Virus record (IMG/VR): IMGVR_UViG_3300048838_000780
Location: 1-63,018 of that record
Origin: a virus
Taxonomy: Duplodnaviria > Caudoviricetes
DNA: 63,018 nucleotides
Strand: one strand, 5' to 3'
Of the stretch, positions 19,330 through 30,180 are shown piece after piece; the stretch's first letter is position 1; every line of letters starts with the position of its first letter. Below the pieces are notes generated by a model. That model was not told where the DNA came from. It saw only the letters and a list, made by a program, of their open reading frames with translations, and made no database searches. A program made the position numbers and the translations under genes.

Positions 19330-21204
19330 ATGGGTTGGACCAATAGATACCGTTTTGTCCTGGAAGACGACGACGGAAATACCCGGGATTGCATCCCGTA
19401 CAACAAGGACCTATTAATAACCGGGGACCGGAAAAGTAACCGCTTTAACTGGTCCTATGTTATCGGGGATCCCGTCGTATTCGAAGGGGCGGACTTCGAT
19501 TGGTTGTACACCTTGGAACAAGACTTGGCGCCGGGGGACGCAACCCGTTGCGGAGGATCCGCCTTCCGGATCTACGAAACTTGCGGCGGGGTCGAAACGC
19601 TCAAGTACGAATTTTTTATAAACCTCAACGAAGCGGAATTCTTCCCGGACGATTGTACCGTCGTTTGCAAGTTGCAGCCCGTCGACGCCTTTTCTTGCAT
19701 ATACCGGCATTGGGAAGACGAATTGGACGTCTTGGATCTTGTCGTTACCAAACACAAGGTCCCGGGGCTTGTTGGGTACGTTGAAAGGGTGAATTGCCCG
19801 GAAGAAACTTTCTTGGAGCAAGACCCGGGGGATCTTCCAATATTGGCGGATAACTGTTTACCCGACGCCTTCGCCTGGAAAGTGCTTCAAACGTATTGGG
19901 TGACCTTTGACATTAACGGATTTTATCCATATACTTACGACGGGTACGCGATAACGGCATGGGTACGCGAAAGGGTCGACGATTCGGCAACCGAACCCCC
20001 GGGGGACGGTTGGATCGACTTAGGGGGCGATTCTTGGGTCCGGGAACTTGAATTGTACCCGGCAACGGACTATTTGGACTATTATTTTTCCATTCCCCCG
20101 ACGGATACCATACTAAAGATTATAAAAACCTACAAGATCGTTGGGGCGGATCCCAATATCGTAGAAAAGACCCCGTATTATACAAATCATATTTTGGGTT
20201 GGAATGTAGAAGCAAACGACCCGATCCCTCATTTGGAGTATTCCAATGGAATGCTTTTTGTCGACGTATTGGACGCCTTGGTAAACAATGGTTGCGCCTT
20301 GACCCTAAAAAGTAACTTCTTCCGGATCAACCCGGACGATCCTTTCCCGGCGGCCGAACCATACCCGACGGCGGCGGCCGGTTTCGACAAATTAATGATC
20401 TGGCAGCTATCCGACGTCGCACGTCCGGAAGTTTCCGAAGATGCAACCGACTTAAAAATTACCCTTCGGGACTTCCTGGAAGAATTGAGGAACGTATTTA
20501 ACGTCGATTGGACGATCGAAACGGGGGGGGTCTTCCGGATCGAACATATTTCCTACTTTGTCAACCAAAACGGCGAAGATCTAACCTTGGCGCCTTGGGA
20601 CCAATACACCCGCAAAAAGAACGCTTACCGGTACGATTCTGTAAAGATCCCAAAAGCGGAAACGTTTTCTTTCTCCTTCAAAACGACCCCGTTTTTTAAT
20701 GGTCTTCCGATCATTTATTCGTGGACTTGTGCTTCCTCCGATCTTAAGGACAAGAACTTTGTTGCAAAGCTGACAAGTACGGATCTTGGGTACATTAACC
20801 AAGTTGGGGACAATTCCCCCCTTTCCGGAATGTTTATTGGGGCAATGATCGACGGCGGCGGGTTTGGAATATACGACTACTATTTCGCACGGGAAGACGA
20901 CGGCGCCGGGAATCCACGGAACAACGGACACCTTGCGTTTACGAAGCTGCACCCGAACTATTGGAAATGGGATCGACCCCAAACGTCCGGCCAAATGAAC
21001 GGCACGGCGACGGCCTTTGTCTCAACGTTCCGGATAAAGCGGCAACAAGAAATAACAATCCCGGTCGATTGCGACTTCCTTTCGACTTGGGATCCCAACG
21101 ACTTAGTAAATACCTTCATTGGTTGGGGTGAAATAGACGCCTTCCAAATTAGTTTGGCGAATTGCACCCTTTCAATTGTTGTTATCCACGAACCAAACGT
21201 ATAA
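19330..21204 (+). CDS. Virion structural protein (tail/baseplate-like)
   Basis: Large beta-rich acidic ORF in the structural block. Confidence 0.55.
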   Translation: MGWTNRYRFVLEDDDGNTRDCIPYNKDLLITGDRKSNRFNWSYVIGDPVVFEGADFDWLYTLEQDLAPGDATRCGGSAFRIYETCGGVETLKYEFFINLNEAEFFPDDCTVVCKLQPVDAFSCIYRHWEDELDVLDLVVTKHKVPGLVGYVERVNCPEETFLEQDPGDLPILADNCLPDAFAWKVLQTYWVTFDINGFYPYTYDGYAITAWVRERVDDSATEPPGDGWIDLGGDSWVRELELYPATDYLDYYFSIPPTDTILKIIKTYKIVGADPNIVEKTPYYTNHILGWNVEANDPIPHLEYSNGMLFVDVLDALVNNGCALTLKSNFFRINPDDPFPAAEPYPTAAAGFDKLMIWQLSDVARPEVSEDATDLKITLRDFLEELRNVFNVDWTIETGGVFRIEHISYFVNQNGEDLTLAPWDQYTRKKNAYRYDSVKIPKAETFSFSFKTTPFFNGLPIIYSWTCASSDLKDKNFVAKLTSTDLGYINQVGDNSPLSGMFIGAMIDGGGFGIYDYYFAREDDGAGNPRNNGHLAFTKLHPNYWKWDRPQTSGQMNGTATAFVSTFRIKRQQEITIPVDCDFLSTWDPNDLVNTFIGWGEIDAFQISLANCTLSIVVIHEPNV

Positions 21205-21206
21205 AA

Positions 21207-22382
21207 ATGGCAATCGTCAACCCTGGAAATGCACTTCCCTTTTACGACAATATCTTGGACCAAGTCCGTTACCGGACCGGGGACCAAAACTTCCATATTG
21301 TTGCCGATTGGGAATACTTTATACCCTTCCAAGTCCCGTTACCGGATATTCCAACGACCTTTCGGGTACATATCGTCGGACGCGACATTGGACAAGTAAA
21401 CTACGACGTAACAGGAAACACCGCTTACTATTGCGACGGGGACCGTATGGTAATTGTCTTCGACGGTCAGATCCGGCCGGAACTGGAATGCGGGTACTAT
21501 TACGTCCAAATACAAACCGGTCCGACCTTGGCGGCGGTTAACTACTTTTCCGAAATGGTCTACGTTGAACAACGGAACGACCACGAAAAGTTAAAGTCTT
21601 CAAGCATTACCTACAACGGCACCGACGATGAATTTACCTTCAACTTTGCCGACCAAGTAACCACGGACAAACTAAGCACGGTAAACGAAGTTTACAGCGC
21701 CGGATCTTGGGTTGCAGCCGGGACCGGGACTTCCGTCGTCGTTTCGGGCGCTTCTTCCGTCTTCCCCCTTCCGGACGGAACGGAAGAAAGGTTTATCCGA
21801 CGGACGGTCGACCTTAAAAGCGGGTCGCTACTTCAAACGATCTTCCGGGTACATTGGAACCCGGCCGATAAAGTCGGGACGGTTACCATTGCGCCTTTTT
21901 CCACCAACAACAAACATCACCGAAAGGACCGGTTTTTTTTGACGGCGACAAACGCGGGGGACTTTAACAACGGGGATATTTTTATTTTGTACACCTTGGA
22001 CGGGATCTTGAGTTATACCCAACGGATCGACCTTCCCGGGTACTTGGACTTCCCCCGGGGCGAAACGACCTTGGGGACCATTACCGACGGCAACGGCAAC
22101 AACAAGGTAAAGTCGATCATTGCTAAGGAAAGAAGGGCGGTCCGCTTTGGGAAGATCCCGGACGACCTTTTGTTTTTCTTCCAGTTACTACCAAAGCATG
22201 ACACGGTAACCCTTACCGACGTAAACGGCGGCCGGACCTATACGCTTGCGGAAATGGAAGTAAGGGTCGAACCCGAACCAGGGGGGGACTTTTCCACCGT
22301 CGAACTTTCTTGGCGTTACCTTTCGACGTCCCTTGCCGGTTGCGACGAAACGTTAACCTTCGATGTTTGTACCTTTGAGTAA
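21207..22382 (+). CDS. Virion structural protein
   Basis: Beta-rich ORF in the structural block. Confidence 0.55.
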   Translation: MAIVNPGNALPFYDNILDQVRYRTGDQNFHIVADWEYFIPFQVPLPDIPTTFRVHIVGRDIGQVNYDVTGNTAYYCDGDRMVIVFDGQIRPELECGYYYVQIQTGPTLAAVNYFSEMVYVEQRNDHEKLKSSSITYNGTDDEFTFNFADQVTTDKLSTVNEVYSAGSWVAAGTGTSVVVSGASSVFPLPDGTEERFIRRTVDLKSGSLLQTIFRVHWNPADKVGTVTIAPFSTNNKHHRKDRFFLTATNAGDFNNGDIFILYTLDGILSYTQRIDLPGYLDFPRGETTLGTITDGNGNNKVKSIIAKERRAVRFGKIPDDLLFFFQLLPKHDTVTLTDVNGGRTYTLAEMEVRVEPEPGGDFSTVELSWRYLSTSLAGCDETLTFDVCTFE

Positions 22383-22852
22383 TGGATATAAAAGAGTTAC
22401 ATAAAAGATTGGTCGAAGCAAGGGACGCAATTATCCGGGATCGTCCAAAAGAAACGTTGCGTATCTCTTTAAACCTTTTGGACTTGGTCCGGACCAGGAT
22501 ACAAACGTCCGGGACCAATTCAAAAAACGTCCAATTTACCCCCTATTCGGCTTCGTACGCCAAGCAAAGGGTAAAGGCGGGGTACCAAGCGGGTTACGTC
22601 GATTTTACCCGTACGGGGCGCCTATGGGCGAATATTGCCCCTTTTGTGGTCGACAATACCAGGGAAGTAACGATCGTCGAAATAAGCGCACGAAACCCCG
22701 ATCTGCAAAGCATACTAAACTACCAATCCGTTTTGCCTGGAAAGAAACCCCGGGGGAACATTCTTACCCCAACCGAAAAGGAATTGGCCTTCCTGGAAGC
22801 GGCACACTTGGCAAGGCTTCGTAAACATCTCGAAAAAGTCTTTGAACAATGA
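22382..22852 (+). CDS. Neck/tail-completion-like protein
   Basis: YSASYAKQR...VDFTRTG motif resembling virion morphogenesis proteins. Confidence 0.55.
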   Translation: MDIKELHKRLVEARDAIIRDRPKETLRISLNLLDLVRTRIQTSGTNSKNVQFTPYSASYAKQRVKAGYQAGYVDFTRTGRLWANIAPFVVDNTREVTIVEISARNPDLQSILNYQSVLPGKKPRGNILTPTEKELAFLEAAHLARLRKHLEKVFEQ

Positions 22853-23490
22853 CCTTTACAATTGCGGAAACTCTAAAAAACAAGATCCTTCCCCTTGGTT
22901 TTTGCGAACGCTTCGGAGGAATAGCGGTACCCTTTGAGATATACACGGCGAACAACAAACTTGTAAGGGTCCCGGTAACCTTTGGCGTTGACGGCCAAGC
23001 GTGTTACGAATCGGGAAAGTTGTTCGACCTTTCCCCGAATGATGCTTACCGGTCGGTAATGTTCTTCGAAGATCAAACGGGATCCACGGTCGTAACTCAA
23101 GGGAAGACCCATTTTTCGTTTTCCGGTACCTTCCGCCTTCTTGGTTGGTTGAACTTGGCGAAGTTGGGACACGAAGAAGGCGGGTACTTTACGGATCTTG
23201 TCGTCGGGACGATCGTTAAAACGCTTTTATCGGGGGACCGGTCCACGGTCTTAACTATTGACGACTTCGGGGGTACCCTGGAAGGCGCCGTCGTCCAAGT
23301 CGAAACGGTATCCATACCAAGGAAGGACCGGTCTTTGTTTTCCCGGTACACGGCGGCCGAATGGCAACAAGCCTTCGTCTACCCCTTCGACTTCTTCGCT
23401 ATCGACATACAAGCACGAATTACCGTTGGGCGGAATTGCTTTACGGAAGCAGACGCAACGGATCCAATAACTTGCATAACGATCTACTAA
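22849..23490 (+). CDS. Putative tail terminator/structural protein
   Basis: Position and size. Confidence 0.45.
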   Translation: MTFTIAETLKNKILPLGFCERFGGIAVPFEIYTANNKLVRVPVTFGVDGQACYESGKLFDLSPNDAYRSVMFFEDQTGSTVVTQGKTHFSFSGTFRLLGWLNLAKLGHEEGGYFTDLVVGTIVKTLLSGDRSTVLTIDDFGGTLEGAVVQVETVSIPRKDRSLFSRYTAAEWQQAFVYPFDFFAIDIQARITVGRNCFTEADATDPITCITIY

Positions 23491-23829
23491 ATGGCCTTTG
23501 CAGCACTCTTGGGAATAGCTTTTGGCGCTTGGTCTTCCGTCTTTTGCCTTGCGCTAACCGAACCGGGGCAAGTCTTTTGGTTTGTTGGATCCTTCTTCCT
23601 TTGGTTGGACCGGAAGTTATCCCCGTACATTACTCCGAACCCCGTATATTTGGGGGTAAAGAAGGTCCTTTACCTTTGCCCGAAATGTCAGGCGGGGCAA
23701 TTGTCTTTTTGGCTTTACTTCGTTTGGTGTTACAAATACAACCCTTGGGATCATTTCGTTTGCGTATCCCTTGCGGTATTTGTGGGGTTTATTGTTGAAA
23801 ACTTTTACCAATGGCAACAACGCGCATAA
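23491..23829 (+). CDS. Membrane protein with CxxC (DUF1360-like)
   Basis: TM helices around LCPKCQAGQLSFW. Confidence 0.55.
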   Translation: MAFAALLGIAFGAWSSVFCLALTEPGQVFWFVGSFFLWLDRKLSPYITPNPVYLGVKKVLYLCPKCQAGQLSFWLYFVWCYKYNPWDHFVCVSLAVFVGFIVENFYQWQQRA

Positions 23830-24574
23830 AAAAACTACCAAAGGACGAACTTGGAAGATACCTTCCAACTTTCACCGCTTCCGGGAATAAATACCGGATC
23901 CTTTCCCCGGACGACGGTATCGGGATCGTTCGTTGGTCGATCTTGTCCAAAATGTCTTCCGTCCTTGGATATGGGGCGGACGTCAAGACGCAACTTGCAA
24001 ACCTCCAAAAAGCCCGGGCGATTGTAAACGAAGTCTTTAAAGGTCGGGGGGATATTCTGGAATTGGGGGTACATTTAAAGGCGATGGAAGACGGGATCCG
24101 GACGGATAACGAACGGCGTTTCCATTTCGCCTTTTACACGGCAACGATCTTTATTGTCCGGGAAGACGAAGACTTAACCAAGTTTTCCGACGACTTGGCA
24201 ACGGCCAAGATTGAAGATTGGAATAATGAGGGGTACGACGCGGCGGATTTTTTTTTCTTAGTTTTGAACAAAGCCCCCGACTTCTTAAATCCCTTGCCGT
24301 CTTCTTCCAAGGTAGGAGAAACGAACCCCGGGGAAGGATCTACGGGAAATATAGGGTCGAAGGGGGGCAAATAATCGACATCGAAAGGGAAATGTTAGAC
24401 AACCTGGAAGTTTCGATCGAATATTTGGTAGAGAATACGGGTTTTTCAGAAAGGGACTTGTTGACAATGCACGAAGCACGTTTTATGCGGACCTTAAATA
24501 GAACAATGCAAAAACAGGCGGCGAAAATTGAGGCGGCGAAAAAGGCGGCCGAAAAGCCCCCGAAACCGTACTAA
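23811..24574 (+). CDS. Tail assembly chaperone G (23811-24374) with -1 frameshift extension GT to 24574
   Basis: T9 slippery run at 24248-24256; the -1 frame is open into ORF 24392-24574; directly upstream of the tape measure gene. Confidence 0.75.
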
Positions 24575-24575
24575 A

Positions 24576-27305
24576 ATGGCAGGATTGCAGGACATAGTTT
24601 GGAGGTCGACAATCGACGACGCGGAATTTTTGGCGGCAATGCAACGAATGATCGACGCAAGCGCCAAATTCAACGAAGAAGTTACGGCAACGGGCAAGGC
24701 TTCGGACGAAACATTGTCGAAACTTGGCGACGCGGCCGTATCCATTTCCAACGACTTTAAGGAAATGGAAGGGCGTATGGTCAAGATTAAAAGCGGTTTC
24801 GGGGATATAAAACAGGCGGCGCAAGGGTACTTCGACAAGCTGAAAGAAGGCGCCTTGCGGGTCCGGGACTATGCCAAGTCCCTTCTTGAAAAGAACAAGG
24901 CGACAACCGACGCGGCGGCCGGTACCGGGGAAGCAACGTCCAAACTTGCCAAGTTTGGACAAATTGCATTGGCAACCGGTAAACTCATTGCAAAGGGTTT
25001 GGTTGCAAGCGGTATAGGGATCCTGGTTCTTGCCTTAACCGGTCTTTTTGCCTTCTTAACCAAGACGGAAAAGGGAATGAACTTGGTAAAGCAAGCGACG
25101 GCCGGACTAAGCGCGGTAATAAGCGTCCTGGTCGACCGGGCGGAATTGGTCGGGGCGGCCTTCGGATCCTTCTTTAAAGGCGACTTTAAAAAAGGGTTTC
25201 AACAATTGGGCGAATCTGTAAAGGGGGTTACCAAAGAAATGTACGAAGAAGCACGGGCGGCAATGGAATTGGAACGGGCGTTCCAACGATTAGAGGCGGC
25301 GCAAGTAGACTTCGACCGTCGAAATATTGCACTTCGGGCGAATCTCAACAAAAACCGGGCGGTTGCGGAAGACGAAACAAAGTCCTATCGGGACCGGTTG
25401 GCGGCGCTCCAAGCAAACTTGCAAATAGAAGACGTCCTAAACACGGAAAGGGTCTTGCAAGCGGAAGAAAACTTGCGCCTTGTGGAAGCAGAACAGGCAT
25501 TGCGCACGGATACCCTGGAAAAGACCCGGGCGATCAACGAAGCCAACTTGCAGCTATTGGAGGCGGAAGAAATACGCGACGCGGCAAGAAAGGCAATCCT
25601 TCAAGATATTAAGGCATTGCAAGAAGACCGCCAAAAAGCATTGGAGAAAGAACGGGACCGGGTCGCAAAATTGACGGCCGAATACGAAAAATTGGCCGAT
25701 AAGCTAAAAGACCAAGTCGCCAAGGCGGGGATTGATTCGGCGGACGGGTTGGAAAAACTGGCATTACAACGGGACTTTGCAATCCAACAAACCAAGGAGT
25801 TTGAAGCAGAATTAAGGAAGGCGGCGGCGGCGGCCGGGAAGATCCTTTCCCCGGAACAAGAAGAAGATATAAAGAAGTTGTACCAAGCTATCCAAGACCG
25901 GTACGACGAAGAATACCTAAAAGAAATCGTCCGGCAATTGGAGGAAGGGATAAAGGCGCAAGAAAAGGTCCAACAAGAACGCTTCGATATTGCGGACGAT
26001 ACATACCGGCGGGAAATCGACTTCCTAAACAAGCGAAAGGAAGTCCAATTGGCGGAACTTGACCTAATAACGGAAGGATCCGACGCGGCGTTAACCCTGG
26101 AAGAAGAAAAGGAGAAAAAACGCCTTGAGATACAACGACAAGCCCTAATAGCGGAACTTGCATTGGCCAAAGAACGCTTTGGACCGGATAGCTTGGAAGT
26201 GCAATTATTGGACGCGCAATTAAAGGCAATCGAAGCCGGTATAAAGCGGGTGGAAGGCGGAATAGGTCCCGTCTTATTGCGCCTTAAAACGAAGATCCTG
26301 GAAGCGTTGAACGTTACCGACGCGCAAGCCCAATTTATTGTCGATTCGTTCGCAAGCGTGTTTAACTCCATTACTCAACTTTCGCAATCGAGCTTCGAAA
26401 AGGAGTTAAACCAAAACGAAGCGTTGATCCAATCGTTAAGGGAACGGGTGGAAGATCTGCAATCGGAGTTGGAAAAGGAAGAAGAATACAAACGAAATGG
26501 GTTGGCGAACAATGTTTCCAACCTCCAACAAGCATTAAACCAGGAAACAACGGCGTTAAGCCAAGCAGAACAACAACGTATCGAACTCGAAAGGAAGGCG
26601 GCCAATCAACGCCTTGTCTTCGATTCGATCCAACAAGCGTCCAAGTTGGGTCTTGCGGCGGCCAACGTCATTACGGCCGAAAGTCCAAAGGGTCTTGTTG
26701 GTATTATTACGGCAACGGCGGCGCTTGCCTTGCTGTTTTCGATCTTCGCACAAGCCCAAGCGAACGCGGCCAAATTTGCAACTACAAAGAAGTTGAGGGA
26801 AGGGGGCGAATTGTTGGTCGGTCCTTCACACGAAAGCGGCGGGATCGACATATACTTAGCGGGGGAAAGTCGACCAAGATACAACGCGGAAGGCGGGGAA
26901 ATGGTCGTAAACAAGGAAACGACCCGGCGCCATATCGAATTTTTGCGGGAATTGAACGAAGGGAAGTACGATACCGTAGAATTTGAGCAACTTCTAAAGT
27001 CTTTGTCCCCGAAGAAATACCGGATCGGCAACCTTCGATCTATGGCAAGATCCGCAAAGCGGGATCCCCTTCGATACAAGGTCCCGGAAATTAAACGGAT
27101 CCAATCCCAATTGGAGCAATGGAACGAAGCGAAACACTTTCATAGCTTGGAAGAAACGATCGTCGAAGCGCAAGAACGATCGACGGCGCAAATAATCGAC
27201 TATTTGAAGTCCCGGCCAATAGATACACCCCTGGAAGGCGGGATCCTTCGGGAATATTGGAACGGCACCCAAAAGGTCCGGCAAATAATAGAGAAAGAAA
27301 GTTGA
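24576..27305 (+). CDS. Tape measure protein
   Basis: About 909 aa, Ala/Glu/Lys coiled coil with TM segments and a GPSHESGG motif. Confidence 0.85.
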   Translation: MAGLQDIVWRSTIDDAEFLAAMQRMIDASAKFNEEVTATGKASDETLSKLGDAAVSISNDFKEMEGRMVKIKSGFGDIKQAAQGYFDKLKEGALRVRDYAKSLLEKNKATTDAAAGTGEATSKLAKFGQIALATGKLIAKGLVASGIGILVLALTGLFAFLTKTEKGMNLVKQATAGLSAVISVLVDRAELVGAAFGSFFKGDFKKGFQQLGESVKGVTKEMYEEARAAMELERAFQRLEAAQVDFDRRNIALRANLNKNRAVAEDETKSYRDRLAALQANLQIEDVLNTERVLQAEENLRLVEAEQALRTDTLEKTRAINEANLQLLEAEEIRDAARKAILQDIKALQEDRQKALEKERDRVAKLTAEYEKLADKLKDQVAKAGIDSADGLEKLALQRDFAIQQTKEFEAELRKAAAAAGKILSPEQEEDIKKLYQAIQDRYDEEYLKEIVRQLEEGIKAQEKVQQERFDIADDTYRREIDFLNKRKEVQLAELDLITEGSDAALTLEEEKEKKRLEIQRQALIAELALAKERFGPDSLEVQLLDAQLKAIEAGIKRVEGGIGPVLLRLKTKILEALNVTDAQAQFIVDSFASVFNSITQLSQSSFEKELNQNEALIQSLRERVEDLQSELEKEEEYKRNGLANNVSNLQQALNQETTALSQAEQQRIELERKAANQRLVFDSIQQASKLGLAAANVITAESPKGLVGIITATAALALLFSIFAQAQANAAKFATTKKLREGGELLVGPSHESGGIDIYLAGESRPRYNAEGGEMVVNKETTRRHIEFLRELNEGKYDTVEFEQLLKSLSPKKYRIGNLRSMARSAKRDPLRYKVPEIKRIQSQLEQWNEAKHFHSLEETIVEAQERSTAQIIDYLKSRPIDTPLEGGILREYWNGTQKVRQIIEKES

Positions 27306-27332
27306 AAGTTTCCGGTTAAACGGTTACTTTTG
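27301..27332 (+). promoter_or_regulatory. Bacteroidota-type promoter
   Basis: TTG 27302-27304 and TACTTTTG 27325-27332. Confidence 0.5.
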
Positions 27333-27356
27333 TTTCAACCAAAGGGAAAAGCTGCA

Positions 27357-27656
27357 ATGAACATTACGCAATATTTCGAGAAAGCCAACCCCGGGATAAA
27401 ACGCAAGGTCAAGTCCGGCGTTTTTGTCCCGATAATCCATACCGGCAAGAAGGAAGAAGGATCGACGACGATTCGCCAAAAGGTCGACAACGACGGGGAT
27501 CCTTTGGTCCGCTTCGTCCCGAAAGATCTTTTGGCGACCTATGAGGAATTCGGTTGGAGGAAGGCGGCAATTCCGAAAGCCCCCGTAGCGGATAACCAGG
27601 AAGAACAAGTCCCCGGCGACGAAGACCTCGCAAAGCGGGGACGCAAAAAAGCATAA
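27357..27656 (+). CDS. Hypothetical protein
   Basis: Short ORF before the scaffold gene. Confidence 0.55.
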   Translation: MNITQYFEKANPGIKRKVKSGVFVPIIHTGKKEEGSTTIRQKVDNDGDPLVRFVPKDLLATYEEFGWRKAAIPKAPVADNQEEQVPGDEDLAKRGRKKA

Positions 27657-27657
27657 A

Positions 27658-27861
27658 ATGGATTGGATCCCAACCAACAAGACCACGGGGATAAAATACC
27701 CCCCTGTTTCCGACGACCAAAAACGGCGTATGGAACAAGACCCGCATACTCAAGGCAAATATTCCTTTGAAGCGGTGAAGGCGGCGGCCAAGCCTGTTTC
27801 GGCGGCGCCTACCCCGGCCAAGAAGGAGGAAAGGAAAGACGGACCGGCGGAAGATAAATAG
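27658..27861 (+). CDS. Hypothetical protein
   Basis: 67-aa ORF. Confidence 0.55.
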   Translation: MDWIPTNKTTGIKYPPVSDDQKRRMEQDPHTQGKYSFEAVKAAAKPVSAAPTPAKKEERKDGPAEDK

Positions 27862-28000
27862 ACCACTGACAAGCGGGGGGACATATCAACGGCCTTCCCC
27901 TTTTGGCCGGGTCCCCCCCTTAACGATGTAGGGCAATCCGGACGGCCTACAAGAAAGATCCGGGAACTTGGGCGGCGGCGCCTACAAAAAAACCTTTGCA

Positions 28001-28897
28001 ATGGATAACATTAATCTAAGTCTTGAGCAATTGGGGCGGCTTACCGGAAAGACCCCCGACGAACTGCAAACGTCGCTATTCGTCGACGGTGAAGAAGGAA
28101 AAGTCTTGGCGGAAGATGCGGAAGCCAAATTGTCGACCTTCTTTTCCTCTAAGTTTAAGTCCGTTGGGGACGACTTCCACAAAAAGGGCTTTAAACAGGC
28201 ATGGGAAAAGATAGGCGAAATTACTTCCAAAGATCCCGACTTCGACCCGAAAGGAAGGCAAGGCGAAGAATTGTTGTCCGCTTACATTCAATTTAAAGCA
28301 GAACAGGCGGCCAAACGTGCTTCTACCCTTTCCGAAGAAGACTTGGAGAAAAACCCGCTTGTTTCCTCATTCCTGGAAAAGCGAACCCAAGCACAACGCC
28401 AAAAGGTCGAAGAATTAAAGTCGCAATTTGAACGCGAAAAAGGCGAATTCTTGACGCAAACCAAGCGCACGATTGCGCGGTCGAAGTTGGTCGAAGCGAT
28501 CCCCCCGGGATCCCTTGGCGACGACCAGGACGAAGCGAAAAGAAGACTTGCCGTCTTGTTCGAATTGTTGGACAACCGCTTGGACTTCGTTGTTATCGAA
28601 GGCGGGGAAACAAAGTTGGTCGATCCAAAAACCCACGAACCATTAACGGACGCGGAATTAAACCCGGTCCGTTATTCCGATTGGGTGCAAACGTTCAACC
28701 CGTTTCCCTCACAAACGCAAACCCCGGGGCGGCAAACCCCGGGCGCCAAGACTTCGCAACCTGGAATTTCCGGCGACATTCGGGTAACTTCGAAAGAAGA
28801 CTACGAACGCCAATTGGCAAAAGCCGGGACGCGGCAAGAACGGGCGGCGGTTAACAACGCCTATGCGGACTTCCTTTTAAAGAATTCTCGCAAATAG
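28001..28897 (+). CDS. Capsid scaffolding protein
   Basis: Charged coiled coil with P/G/T-rich linker, immediately before the capsid gene. Confidence 0.7.
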   Translation: MDNINLSLEQLGRLTGKTPDELQTSLFVDGEEGKVLAEDAEAKLSTFFSSKFKSVGDDFHKKGFKQAWEKIGEITSKDPDFDPKGRQGEELLSAYIQFKAEQAAKRASTLSEEDLEKNPLVSSFLEKRTQAQRQKVEELKSQFEREKGEFLTQTKRTIARSKLVEAIPPGSLGDDQDEAKRRLAVLFELLDNRLDFVVIEGGETKLVDPKTHEPLTDAELNPVRYSDWVQTFNPFPSQTQTPGRQTPGAKTSQPGISGDIRVTSKEDYERQLAKAGTRQERAAVNNAYADFLLKNSRK

Positions 28898-28992
28898 GAT
28901 CCTTCTTCCTTTGAGGTAAACAATGTTCCCCCTTATCTGGCAACGGATAGGGGTAAACTTATTTCTTCTTAACCCAAACAAAAAAACGAACT

Positions 28993-30099
28993 ATGGCAGC
29001 CGGTGATTTTAGCGCTTCCGTACGATACAAGGCGCAAGCATTTTTGGAAGATATGTTCGGGGATATGACCCCCGCAATGAACGAATTTCGAACCCCCGCA
29101 AAGACGGTCGAACTTTTAATGTCAAGGCAAACGGCACGGACTACCCCGATAATGAAGGGGACCGTTTGCGTTGGACAGGACATTGTTTGGCTCAAATCCG
29201 GGGTTACTTCCGTGGACTACATCGGGACAACGGCGTCCGGCGCTTCGCTTACTTGCGACCTTGCGGACGGTCAAGAACTGGAAAGCGACGCCAAGACCTA
29301 TGCCGACAACCTTTTCGCCGTGGCAACGGTCGACGTCGACGACGACAAATGCAACAATATGGTAGACTTCGCCCGGGAAAGCGCCTTGGCGTGGAGAAAG
29401 GCAATGACGGATCTAAAGGTCGTCCTAAACACGAACGCAATTTCGTTCTTGGACGCCAATATCCAACAAAACCTTTTTTCCGACGTCGCAAGCGTTGACG
29501 CGGGGGGCGGCGCCTGGGCGGTCGACGGTGACGGGGCAACGATCCTTGTTCCCCAAATCGACCTTAACAACCCGGACACCCTGGCCTATTTGGACGTATT
29601 GGCCCAAAACAACCTACTGGAAGACTTCTTTATCCTTTCCGGTTGGCAAAACTTCTATACGTCCAACTACAATGCAGACTTTAAGCGCCTCAACGACAAC
29701 GAACGCGCTTTGATCGAACAATACCGCGCACACGATGTAAACTTCGACGTCCGGTCCTTGGATCAGACCTTGGGGGCGGCTTCCTCCTTCCTTATCAACC
29801 CGTCGTCTTTCGCCTACTGGAATACCGCTTGGTCGGCCGTGGATCCAATCCAAGTCGACTACGACAAATGGGAATTCCGGTTGGAAGATCCGGTATTGAA
29901 GATCCGGGATAACGGCACCCTTCGCCCGGTTTATTACGAAGTCGTTTACCAAAAGTTGTGCAAGAACCGGGATTCGAAGACCCGCCACCGCTTTACCCAC
30001 CGGTACGAAGTTAAGTACATCGGCGGACGCGACGTTGCACCCGCCGGGGTCCAAAGCGAAACGGGGATCGTCAAGATCCAAGGCGTTGCCGGTCTGTAA
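28993..30099 (+). CDS. Major capsid protein (HK97 fold inferred)
   Basis: 368 aa, follows the scaffold, followed by a strong hairpin. Confidence 0.7.
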   Translation: MAAGDFSASVRYKAQAFLEDMFGDMTPAMNEFRTPAKTVELLMSRQTARTTPIMKGTVCVGQDIVWLKSGVTSVDYIGTTASGASLTCDLADGQELESDAKTYADNLFAVATVDVDDDKCNNMVDFARESALAWRKAMTDLKVVLNTNAISFLDANIQQNLFSDVASVDAGGGAWAVDGDGATILVPQIDLNNPDTLAYLDVLAQNNLLEDFFILSGWQNFYTSNYNADFKRLNDNERALIEQYRAHDVNFDVRSLDQTLGAASSFLINPSSFAYWNTAWSAVDPIQVDYDKWEFRLEDPVLKIRDNGTLRPVYYEVVYQKLCKNRDSKTRHRFTHRYEVKYIGGRDVAPAGVQSETGIVKIQGVAGL

Positions 30100-30118
30100 G
30101 AACCTCCAACAACCCAAG

Positions 30119-30150
30119 AAGATCCGGGGGGGCGGCCCCCCCCGGATCTT
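30119..30150. terminator. GC-rich hairpin after the capsid gene
   Basis: AAGATCCGGGGGG...CCCCCCGGATCTT inverted repeat. Confidence 0.6.
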
Positions 30151-30180
30151 AATTCTTCAACAAAAAAAAACAACAACCCA

